Of a stretch of 64,000 nt of DNA, positions 35,051-44,447 are shown piece by piece. Made by a program: the position numbers and the translations under genes. The stretch lies in the NCBI RefSeq assembly GCF_000142905.1, contig NW_013657651.1, positions 310,001-374,000 of the forward strand, written 5' to 3'. The notes beneath the pieces were generated by a model that ran no database searches, was not told the origin of the DNA, and worked only from the letters and a program-made list of their open reading frames with translations. The DNA is from Thecamonas trahens ATCC 50062 (Eukaryota; Protista; Apusomonadida). The stretch's first letter is position 1, and each line of letters starts with the position of its first letter.

Positions 35051-35734
35051 TCGATCGGTCGGCTTTCACTCGTCCGGCTTGCTTGGCCGGCAGCCCAGTC
35101 GGGCAGCCGGATGCCAAGCCGATCAGGGTGAATGGGCGCACCACAATGGTCGCTATTGGCATGTGTTGGCTGTGTATGGTGTTGGCAGGGTTTGATGGCG
35201 GGTGCGTGCTGCAGCGAGTTCGATCGGTCGGCTTTCACTCGTCCGGCTTGCTTGGCCGGCAGCCCAGTCGGACAGCCGGATGCCAGGCCGATCAGGGTGA
35301 ATGGGCGCACCACAATGGTCGCTATTGGCATGTGTTGGCTGTGCATGGGGTTGGCAGGGTTTGATGGCGGGTGCGTGCTGCAGCGAGTTCGATCGGTCGG
35401 CTTTCACTCGTCCGGCTTGCTTGGCCGGCAGCCCAGTCGGGCAGCCGGATGCCAGGCCGATCAGGGTGAATGGGCGCACCACAATGGTCGCTATTGGCAT
35501 GTGTTGGCTGTGTATGGTGTTGGCAGGGTTTGATGGCGGGTGCGTGCTGCAGCGAGTTCGATCGGTCGGCTTTCACTCGTCCGGCTTGCTTGGCCGGCAG
35601 CCCAGTCGGGCAGCCGGATGCCAGGCCGATCAGGGTGAATGGGCGCACCACAATGGTCGCTATTGGTATGTGTTGGCTGTGTATGGTGTTGGCAGGGTTT
35701 GATGGCGGGTGCGTGCTGCAGCGAGTTCGATCGG
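35051..35734. repeat. 169-bp tandem repeat, 4 copies, in a divergent intergenic region
   Basis: Units start (CGATCGGTC) at 35052, 35221, 35390 and 35559; a partial unit starts at 35728. Only a few SNPs between copies. Confidence 0.97.
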
Positions 35735-35799
35735 GTGGTGGCTGCGTTGGACAAGAGCTCGGGCCCGGTAGTCGGCCCGGAGAGGGGACACTCATCGCC

Positions 35800-36197
35800 A
35801 TGTCGTCATCTGGTGGAAACAAGGGCAAGCGGGAAGCAGGAGGACCAGCTGGCAGTGGCCCTGCCCGCAAGAAGAAGAAGCACAACAAGAGCTACTACAC
35901 AGGGGGAAGGTATGTGGCCAAGAGAGGGAGGGAAGCGGTGAGGCAGTCATGGGCGGGGTGCTGCCGGCAAGAGAGACAGTGACCGAGTGCGAGGGGAGAC
36001 GGCGGGAGGGCTGAATGGCGCACTGGTGGTCACTCACGTAATCATGGATGGATGGATGGTGCCATGCTGCAATATGCTGTGATATGGGGCTGTTACCGAT
36101 TGGTGGTCGACGGGGCGGGGGATCTGCTGCTTGTGGTTGCGACGACCTTGCGGTGTGACGGGACGACGACGCTTGGGAATGATGATGACGATGATGA

Positions 36198-36229
<32 letters not shown>

Positions 36230-37122
36230 ATGCGTGACAGAGCAAGCGTGGTGCTCGTGAAGAATGGGCCGATGGAGATCATGGTGTGCTGATGACGTGC
36301 GAGACTGGAGTTATGGGTCTCGCTGTCCGCTCGGGCAAGGCCTATCTCCACTCGCGGTATGCGGACTGGGTGGCGTCGGACAAAGGCAAGGCCTGGGCCG
36401 AGGCGCATCCGCTCCCGCTTGTGCCTCGCGATCAGACAGCTGGCGGCGATGACAGCAAAGACGACAGCAAGGCCACCAAGCCGAGCTCGGCTGGTGCCCC
36501 GTCGAGTGTGGCCAAGGAGGACAACGATGACGGCGGCGAGATCGATTTCGAGGCTGCTATGGATGCCGAGTTTGAGGCGTTGGCCAAGAAGGACAAGCTG
36601 ACCTTCCGCAATCTGGAAACCAAGGTCAAGGGTACGTTTTTTGTTGGCACGCAGCCAACCGATCCGTTCGTGGCGCAGCCGGACGGGTTCATCAACTTTT
36701 GCTTTGACGCGATCGCGTCCGCGCCGGTCAACGGCACCCAGTACATTTCGCGCATCGTTCCTGTTCATGTGACGACCAAGCCCAAGCTGGAGCGGATTGT
36801 GGCCAAGACCGGCGCGCTCCTCACCGCCTGGCTCGAGCATCACCCTCAGCCGGCCGACGCCAAGTTTACCGTCATTGTCAAGCGGCGGATCAACAAGAAC
36901 GTCGACCGGACCAAGCTGACTTCGGATCTGGTTGGCCTCGGCCTTGCTGCAGGCTTTACCCTCGAGTGGAAGCGCGGCTACGACTTTGCCATCTCAGTTG
37001 ACATCATTCTCAACATGGCCGCCATCTCCATCCTCTCCGGCTACGACACCTACCACAAGTACAACATCCAAGCTGCGGTCAATGCCGCCATGATTGCCAA
37101 CGAAGAGTCCAAGACCAACTGA
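35800..37122 (+). CDS. THUMPD1: THUMP-domain protein (Tan1/THUMPD1, tRNA ac4C adaptor); intron about 35910-36240/36242
   Basis: NLS-like RKKKK in exon 1 and GTATGT donor; GVLMTC, YISRIVPVHVT, FTVIVKRR, ISILSGYDTYHKYNI. Confidence 0.8.
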
Positions 37123-37280
37123 TAAAGCATCTGCCATCCCCTTTGTGTCCTCATCGGCTCGTCGACCGCCCCCCCCCCCCCCCCCCCCCCGTCGCCCGTC
37201 GCCTGTCGCCGCCCACCGCCCACCACCACAGCCGCCACCGCCACCACGCCACACCTCACCCCGCCACCACCACCAACTCA

Positions 37281-37793
37281 ATGACTGCCAACTGCGACGA
37301 AGAGACCATTGTACATGTGGACAAGCTAGAGGTGACGCGAGGTGTATGCGGTGGTCTTGGGGACGCCCTTACCCTCGTCCTCGACTTCACCCCGGTGGTG
37401 ACCATCACCGACGGCGTCTGGTCGCTCAGCTACGAGATCGATCATGTTGGCAAGCATGCCTCAGTCGAGCTGGACACGCTGGGGCCGAGGGACTATGCTG
37501 CAGGCACCAAGATCTCGGTCGAGCTGGCCTCAGAGGGCATGGATCTGTCTGGCTTCAAGAGATCGCGTCTGCTCAACATGGGCCTGCTCCGGTTGACTCT
37601 CCATGGATCGGCACCAGAGGCTCCCAAGGGCGACATGGATGAAGGCTCTGCTGCGCCTACCTCGGCATCCGGCACTGGCGCCGCTGCTGCTGACGACGAT
37701 GCACTGCTGCGGATATCACTCGTGGTCATGGTGGCAAAGGGCGAGGGCAAGTCACTCACCCGCACCGTCCTCAACCCCCTCGCCGACGCCTAG
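37281..37793 (+). CDS. Divergent ASF1-fold-like protein
   Basis: Beta-strand pattern parallels ASF1 (VHVDKLEV, LVLDF, WSLSY, ELDTL, LLRLT, LLRISLVV, LTRTVLNP). Confidence 0.5.
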   Translation: MTANCDEETIVHVDKLEVTRGVCGGLGDALTLVLDFTPVVTITDGVWSLSYEIDHVGKHASVELDTLGPRDYAAGTKISVELASEGMDLSGFKRSRLLNMGLLRLTLHGSAPEAPKGDMDEGSAAPTSASGTGAAAADDDALLRISLVVMVAKGEGKSLTRTVLNPLADA

Positions 37794-38136
37794 TCCCACC
37801 CCACCCCTCATCTCGTCCTTTTGCCGAGGATGAAATGAACCATCCTCTTTGCGCGTTCCACGAGACCCGACGACGTACTATCTCCATCCCACCACCGCCA
37901 CCACCCCCACCACCATCCGCCCAACAACACATCCAAAGCCACCCAACCTCCCCCTCCCTCCCCCTCCCCCTCCTCCATATCTTCCCCCCTCTCCCCTTCC
38001 ACCTCTCCTCCTTCCATCACAATCATCGATCGAATCAGCTGCAGGCTGCGGGTACTCGGCATCAGCGACAAATGACGGCAGCAGCAGGGCGGCGAGAGAG
38101 AGCGAGAGCGAGAGCGGCGGAGACACCCAACTCAGC

Positions 38137-40166
38137 ATGGACACCTTCCACCAGCTGACGCCTGGCGTACGGTTCTCGCGGGAAGCGGGAAGACAAAGAC
38201 AGCCAGGAGCAACAGCAATGTTGCCAAGGGACTCTCTGTCCAATCTGCTGCTCTTGACTTCTTTGGCACAGCTCGCCCGTCCCGCTCCTCCCGTCCGTCG
38301 TCCATGGATGGTGAGGATGGGCTGATCGTGGTCAAGGAGACAGGCAAGGCCAGCGGCAAGGGCAAGGGCAAGGGCAAGGGCAAGGGCAAGAGCAAGGGAT
38401 CAGCCAGCTCTACAAAGACCGACAGCCGCTCGTCGAACTCTACTGTCCACCAGAAGGTTAAGAAGCGGAAGAGAAGCTCATCCCCATCGGACGGCGGCAA
38501 GTCGTCCAAGCGGGCAAAGCGGGCTCAGCGGGCGTCGTCGTCGTCTTCGTCGTCGTCGTCGTCGTCATCATCACCATCGTTATCGTCGCCGCCCTCTTCG
38601 GCATCGGCATCGGCATCGGCATCTGGCTACGGTTCGTCCTCCGGCTACGGTTCGTCCTCCGACTACGATTCGTCTGCTGGCTCTGGCTCGTCCTCGTCGG
38701 GCGCAGGGGATCGGGTGACGGTATACGGCGACTCGGCACCGCATCCGATCTCGTACTTTGAGGATCTGGAGGGCGAGGTGAAGCCGCCGATTCTGGCCAA
38801 CATTGCTGCCGCCAAGTACAGCCGACCGACGCTCATTCAGCGGTCGGTCATTCCGGTCATGCTTGCCGGGCGTGACGTGCTTGCCTGCGCCCCGACCGGG
38901 TCGGGCAAGACGGCCGCGTTCTGCATCCCGGTCATCGCCAAGTTGCTGTCGAACGCGGCGCAGCGGCGGTCGAAGCGAATCAAGAAGGCTGTGGCCGACG
39001 GCAAGACCTCGGGCAAGACGTGCTACCCGATGGCACTGGTGGTGGCACCGACGCGCGAGCTGACGACCCAGATTGCGAGCGAGTTTGTCAAGCTAGCTGG
39101 GCGCAAGCGGCTGCGGGTGACCGAGGGCCATAAGCTCCGGCTGAGCGGGCCACAGCCTGTGGCGGCGGTCGACGTGGTGGTCTCGACGCCCAGGCGTGGC
39201 GCCGTCTTCCTCTCCCACCCCAACGTCGCCATCTCGCACCTGCTCTGGTTTGTCCTCGACGAGGTCGACCGCCTCTTTGACGAAGGCTTTATCTCGCAGA
39301 TCGACGACATCTTTACGCTGCTCAAGCAGCACGAGCGCGCCGAAGCCGAGGCCAGCGGCGAGCACAATGCGTCGCTGCAGCTCTCACGGGCGTTCTTCTC
39401 GGCCACCGTTCCGAGCCACGTCGAGGAGCTCTCGGGCGCGGTCTTGGTCAACGAGGTCCGAGTTGTGGTCGGCGCCCGCATGCAGGCCAACTCGTCTGTC
39501 TCGCAAGAGCTGATCTTTGTGGGACGCGAGGAAGGCAAGCTGCTTGCTCTGCGGCAGCTTGTGGCGCGCGGCGTCCTTCCGCCGGTCCTCATCTTTGTGC
39601 AGTCCAAAGACCGCGCCAAGGAGCTGTACCAGGAAATGGTGTTTGATGACATCAAGGTCGACGTCATCCACTCGGACCAAACCACGCCGCAGCGCGAGGA
39701 GATTGTGCGCGACTTTCGGCGCGGCAAGATTTGGTTCCTCATCACCACCGAGCTCATGGGACGCGGCATGGACTTTGCCGGCGTCGCCGTCGTGGTCAAC
39801 TACGACTTTCCCTCGTCGACCGTTGAGTACATCCACAGGGTCGGCCGGACCGGCCGCGCCGGCCGGACCGGCCGCGCCGTCACCTTTTTCACCGAGGTCG
39901 ACAAGCCCATGCTCCGGCCGATCGCCACCATTGTTCGCGCTGCCGGCGGCGACGTGCCCGACTGGATGGTTGAGCTCGCTCGCCCGCGCCGCGACCTGCG
40001 CCGCTCGCTGAAGAAGGTCCCGCGCCGCCGCGATGCCATCTCCTCGGTTCCCACCGCCGCTCTCCAGGACAAGGACGCCGCGCTGGTGAGCGCTGCTCGC
40101 AAGGCCGGGCGGGTCAAGAAGCGCAGGGCCGAGCGCAAGGCCAAGCGCAAGGCCAACCGCAAGTGA
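38137..40166 (+). CDS. DDX52: DEAD-box RNA helicase Rok1/DDX52; frame break at G3 38180-38182
   Basis: LACAPTGSGKT, PTREL, DEVD, SAT, QELIFVGREEGKLLALRQ, PPVLIFVQSKDRAKELY, HRVGRTGRAG. The N-terminal F..L..G..F and LDFFG motifs join only if one G is added. Confidence 0.92.
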
Positions 40167-40213
40167 GGTGTAAAGGCAGCGATTTACCTCGAGCTGGAGC
40201 ACCGGTCCCGAGC

Positions 40214-42799
40214 TCAAAAGCCGAACATTTTGTTGATGGTGTGCAGAAAGATGTTGAGGTCGAGGACGACGTACTCGAGGCGGATGACCCGCTCGTCGTT
40301 CTCCTGTCGCTCAAGCAGGTCCTCGAGCTCAAACTGGTAGCGATCGACGGGAAAGCCATGAAAATAGGCGGCACAAACAATGACCCCAGGCTCATCAGAC
40401 GAAAAGACGAGGACGGTTTTCTTGCGGCGGGCGTCGGGCACAAACGACTCGGCAATGACGCCGTCCTTGAGGAGCTTGTCGTGGGAGACCTTGAACGGGC
40501 CGACGGTTGCGCCGGCCTTGTCCTTCTTTTTCTTCTTTTTGGACTTGGACTTGCCGGCGGCGTCGGACGGCTGCGAGCGGACGTTCTGCAGATACTGGTT
40601 GTACGACTCGAGCTGCGAGAGCAGGAATTGGTGGTGGGAGCGAACACGCTCGAGGGTGCGCTCGATCTTAGCGCGATCCTTGGCGAGCGACTCCTCAAAG
40701 GAGGCGCGGTTCTCGGTCTCGCGCGAGATGTCTTCCAGCATGCGCGAGTGCGAGTCATTGCGCGAGAGCACGCCCTCAGCCTCGAGCGCCGAGAGCTTGT
40801 CCTCGATGGTGGTGACAAGGGCTTCAAGCTTTGCGTCAGGCGCGCGGAGGAGTGACTCGTGGGCGGCTTCGATGAGGGTCTCGAGCGTGTGGTGGATGGA
40901 GAACGGAATGGCATGCGAGTCGAGCCGGGTCAGCAGCTCCTGGACTGCCTGCTTAGTCTCATCGTACAAGTTGCTTGCGGCGGCGTTCTCGTCGAGAGTG
41001 TCGGTGTAGGAGAGGCCCTGCGGCGGGACGAGCGAGAGAACGACGGCCTCGTTCTGCGAGTTCTTGACTTGCGGCGGAGCCTCGCCGAGCTTAGCCATGA
41101 TGTCGCGGATCGGGTCGTCGAGGTCGCCGGCCACCTCGGCCATGTTGTCGGCAAGCAGAGCGTGGATGAGGTAGATCTCGTTGAGCGAGATAGTGATGGT
41201 TGGCGTCTGGTTCGAGGCCACGTCGACAAACTGGTGGTCCAGCTTGAGGTACTCCTCGAGCTCGGGCACGTCGGTCAAGTTCTCAAAGAACTGGGTCAGC
41301 GGCTCGGTGTACTGCTCGATAAAGGCGTTAAGCGGGAGCATGTACGCCTCCTTGTCGCCAAACAGGATAAAGTTGGAGAGGTTCTGCAGGACCTTGGCAA
41401 CGAGGACGAGGTTGCGCCGGACTTTGGCGGTGAGCTTGTTCTTGACCAGCTTGTACGAGTCGGCATCGGGCGTGACAATGGCCGGGTTGATGAACCGCAA
41501 GTAGACAAAGCCACCGATCATGGTTGCCCGCGCCTTGCGTGACGCCTCGGGGAACCGCTCCTGTGTCATGATGGCAATTTGCTTGGCGAGCCACCGGATG
41601 CCGTACGGCATGTCCTCGAGCGAGCTGAGGACTTGCTTCATGAACACCTCACACTGCGCCATGATCATTTGGATGCGCGGCTCGATGACGGCGACCACGC
41701 GCGGGTCCTTACTCCGCTCGGCCTCGGGCACCTCGGCGAGCGTAGACTTGACCCCGGTCGCCACCTCTTCCTCGTTGATGAGCTTCTTGGCGACCTTGGC
41801 CGGGTTAATCTCAAACGACTCGGGGTCTGACGCCACAAACGCCTCGAGCACGCCCGAGAGCGTCTTCTCCAGATAGGCCTGGCCCGGATCACGCCGCGTG
41901 TACTCGCGGATCATCTTGGTCACCGCAGAGTTGCCGCGGAGCAGCGAGCCCATCGACGTCGACTCGTTGAACTCTTCCTGCAGCGCGCGGCGGAAAACCG
42001 AGAGCAGGAGCAGTTCCTCGCGGGCCGAGTACTGATCACCAAAGAGCGTAAAGGCCACAGCCTGGATAAACGCCGGCGTCTGCGAGAGCTTGACCACTTT
42101 GGGCAAGATGCCGAGATAGTTGGGCTCGCGCTGGAGCAAGTAGAACAGCGACGAGTACAGCTCGCGCTTGGCCTGCGGCAGCGCAGCGTCCGAGACCTCG
42201 GACGCCGACGACGCCATCCGCTGCGTCTGGGCAATGACCTCTTGCACAGTGACCCGGTTCTGGATAAGAAGCCCGATGCGCGAGTCGATCTCTTTGTTGT
42301 CGCGTTCCAGAATGTAGTTTTGCTTGATCGAGTTGGTCAGCTCCTCCTTCAAATTCCGCAGCTCGGTCTGTTCCCGCTGCAGTCGCCGCGCCTTGTCCTC
42401 ATCCTCAGCCTGCAGCGTCTTTTGGATGGCTCGGATGTTGATCAGCAGCCGCGGCTCGGTGAGCGTCTTGACTCGCAGCGCAATGGGGATTTTCTGCCCG
42501 CCGCCGACCAGCGAACCCGACCGCGAGCGGCCACGCACCGCCGCCGTCCTGACCTCGTTTCCAGTTGAGGTGCGTGAGTTGGGACAAGGTGAAAGGGTGC
42601 AGGGGGGGGGGGGGNNNNNNNNNNNNNNNNNNNNNNNNNNNNNNNNNNNNNNNNNNNNNNNNNNNNNNNNNNNNNNNNNNNNNNNNNNNNNNNNNNNNNN
42701 NNNNNNNNNNNNNNTTCTAGCCGCGGAGCCCTCTTGTCCCCACCCGGCCAACTCTGTCGATGGAGGGAGAAGGGTGGTGGCGGCGTACCTCTCAGCCAT
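40214..42799 (-). CDS. RasGAP with RasGAP_C/RGCT domain (Gap1/IQGAP-related); exons 42799-42789 and 42548-40214
   Basis: LFYLLQREPNYL, REELLLL, LLRGN (arginine finger), MPYGIRW, YLRFINPAIVTP, RRNL..AKVLQNL, LLERQEN..LNIFLHTINKMF. The GTACGC...CAG intron spans the gap and keeps frame (782 codons). Confidence 0.9.
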   Translation of the reverse strand: MAERYAATTLLPPSTELAGWGQEGSAARXXXXXXXXXXXXXXXXXXXXXXXXXXXXXXXXXXPPPPCTLSPCPNSRTSTGNEVRTAAVRGRSRSGSLVGGGQKIPIALRVKTLTEPRLLINIRAIQKTLQAEDEDKARRLQREQTELRNLKEELTNSIKQNYILERDNKEIDSRIGLLIQNRVTVQEVIAQTQRMASSASEVSDAALPQAKRELYSSLFYLLQREPNYLGILPKVVKLSQTPAFIQAVAFTLFGDQYSAREELLLLSVFRRALQEEFNESTSMGSLLRGNSAVTKMIREYTRRDPGQAYLEKTLSGVLEAFVASDPESFEINPAKVAKKLINEEEVATGVKSTLAEVPEAERSKDPRVVAVIEPRIQMIMAQCEVFMKQVLSSLEDMPYGIRWLAKQIAIMTQERFPEASRKARATMIGGFVYLRFINPAIVTPDADSYKLVKNKLTAKVRRNLVLVAKVLQNLSNFILFGDKEAYMLPLNAFIEQYTEPLTQFFENLTDVPELEEYLKLDHQFVDVASNQTPTITISLNEIYLIHALLADNMAEVAGDLDDPIRDIMAKLGEAPPQVKNSQNEAVVLSLVPPQGLSYTDTLDENAAASNLYDETKQAVQELLTRLDSHAIPFSIHHTLETLIEAAHESLLRAPDAKLEALVTTIEDKLSALEAEGVLSRNDSHSRMLEDISRETENRASFEESLAKDRAKIERTLERVRSHHQFLLSQLESYNQYLQNVRSQPSDAAGKSKSKKKKKKDKAGATVGPFKVSHDKLLKDGVIAESFVPDARRKKTVLVFSSDEPGVIVCAAYFHGFPVDRYQFELEDLLERQENDERVIRLEYVVLDLNIFLHTINKMFGF

Positions 42800-43292
42800 G
42801 GCCCAAGTTGGTTAGGGGTGAGCGCTGGGAAGGGAGAGGAGGGGAGGGGAGGGAGGGGGAGGGAGGGGAGGGGAGGGGGATGTGGGTGTGTGTGGTGGGG
42901 GGGGTGATGTGGTGAAGTAGAGGTGTGGGCGTGTGGGCGTGGTGTCTGGTGGTGTGGGTACAGAGAGGCGGGGGCGGAAGCCGGGGGTGGGAGGGGTTCC
43001 GCCTGATCGGGCGCGTTGCTGCGGCGGGTTCTCCGGTTTGACGCCCTTTTCCTGCCGTGGCCGGCTGCTGTGCTTGTGCGGTGACACAGAGTCGGGAAAG
43101 AAGGGGTTGACGGGCTGTAGGACACTACACCGCACTTCTCTCCCACCACGGGCATAGAATAGCGACGCTTACGCTGGCTGTGTTGTTGCCTCCTTTGTTG
43201 TGTAACTGAAGCCCCTGTAGCGGACCTGGCTACGCGACACCCGTCACCTGAGGTGGACAAGGCACTCTGCAGAAACGAAAACGATCGAGAAG

Positions 43293-44123
43293 ATGATGGC
43301 AAAGATACTGGAGGTGCTCATTGCGACGGATGCTGAGCTTGCGATGTCGGCGTCAAAGTACATCGGGTGGTGTGTGAGCCTTTTGCTGGTGTTTCGGCTC
43401 TCGTACTGGGCATCGGACGTGTTTCCATGGGCGGGCCTCTCGCCGCGGTACGCCACGCTGTCAAAGTTGGACAAGATCGAGTGGCACTCGCGGGTGGTGT
43501 CGAACATCAACGCGGCGGTGTGTGTCATCGGCGCCGGCTACGGGCTGGCGTGGATGATGTGGGAGTCTGTGGCGGATGTGCCTGGCGGGTGGTATCGCAT
43601 CTCGCCGCCGCTGCTGGTCATGACCTACGGCGGGCTCTGCGGGTACCTCATCCATGATCTGCATCTCATTCTCACGACGCCGTCGTTGTACTCGCTTGGC
43701 ATGATGGCGCACCATGTGATCGGCATTTGTGGCTCGGCGTATGCCTGGTGGTCGGGACTGGCTGGCGGCGCGTGCGTCTTCTTCCTCCTCACCGAGGCCA
43801 CCACGCCGCTCATCAACGCGCGCTGGTTCCTTACCAAGACTGGAGCGCGCAACTCGAGTCTCTACACGCTCAACGGCGTGGCCATTTTTGTGGCGTGGAC
43901 CTTCCTCCGCGCCTCGATGGTCGTTATTGCACCGATTGTCTTCTACCGCGACTGGCATCACTTTGGCCACGACTACCCGACCAACATCATTATCATCGGC
44001 ACAACTGTCGCCGTCGGCTCGCTCAATCTCTACTGGTACTACCTCATTGTCCGCGGCCTCCTCAAGCTTCTTGGTCTCCGTGGCTCGGCCTCGAGCACCG
44101 CGTCGGCCAAGCGGCGCGATTGA
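43293..44123 (+). CDS. TLC-domain membrane protein (TLCD4/TMEM56-like)
   Basis: EWHSRVVSNINA, GYLIHDL, MMAHH, LTEATTPLINARWFL, LNG..F...R, LNLYWY; basic KRRD end. Confidence 0.88.
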   Translation: MMAKILEVLIATDAELAMSASKYIGWCVSLLLVFRLSYWASDVFPWAGLSPRYATLSKLDKIEWHSRVVSNINAAVCVIGAGYGLAWMMWESVADVPGGWYRISPPLLVMTYGGLCGYLIHDLHLILTTPSLYSLGMMAHHVIGICGSAYAWWSGLAGGACVFFLLTEATTPLINARWFLTKTGARNSSLYTLNGVAIFVAWTFLRASMVVIAPIVFYRDWHHFGHDYPTNIIIIGTTVAVGSLNLYWYYLIVRGLLKLLGLRGSASSTASAKRRD

Positions 44124-44447
44124 ACAACTGCGTGCATGGCGATGGCAGCTGGGTCCGGGGAGCCAGTTCCTTGCCGATAGCGATAGCTGACATCACGACA
44201 CGACGCAAAGAGTGTACGAGCGGCAAGCGCAGTAAATTGGAGAAATCGTCAATGTGCCGAGCTGCAGATACGGGGCGCGGGCTTGTTGGTTGTGCATGGC
44301 CGTCGCAACCTTGCAAAAGTGGCCGTCCGACTCGACAGCCACCCCCCCCGACCCCCGACCCCCCGACCCCCGTCACCCCACCCCACCAGGCACAAGCAGC
44401 ACAGTTCACAGGACACTCGACGTGAGCAGGGGGAAACACGGCTGGCA

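Noticed and set aside
35051-35734. CRISPR, tRNA, 5S, snRNA or hammerhead identity for the 169-bp array, and its repeated ORFs
   Set aside because: No unique spacers, cloverleaf, Sm site, U1/U2 5' motif or CUGAnGA core. The ORFs are frame-cycling by-products of a non-triplet unit.
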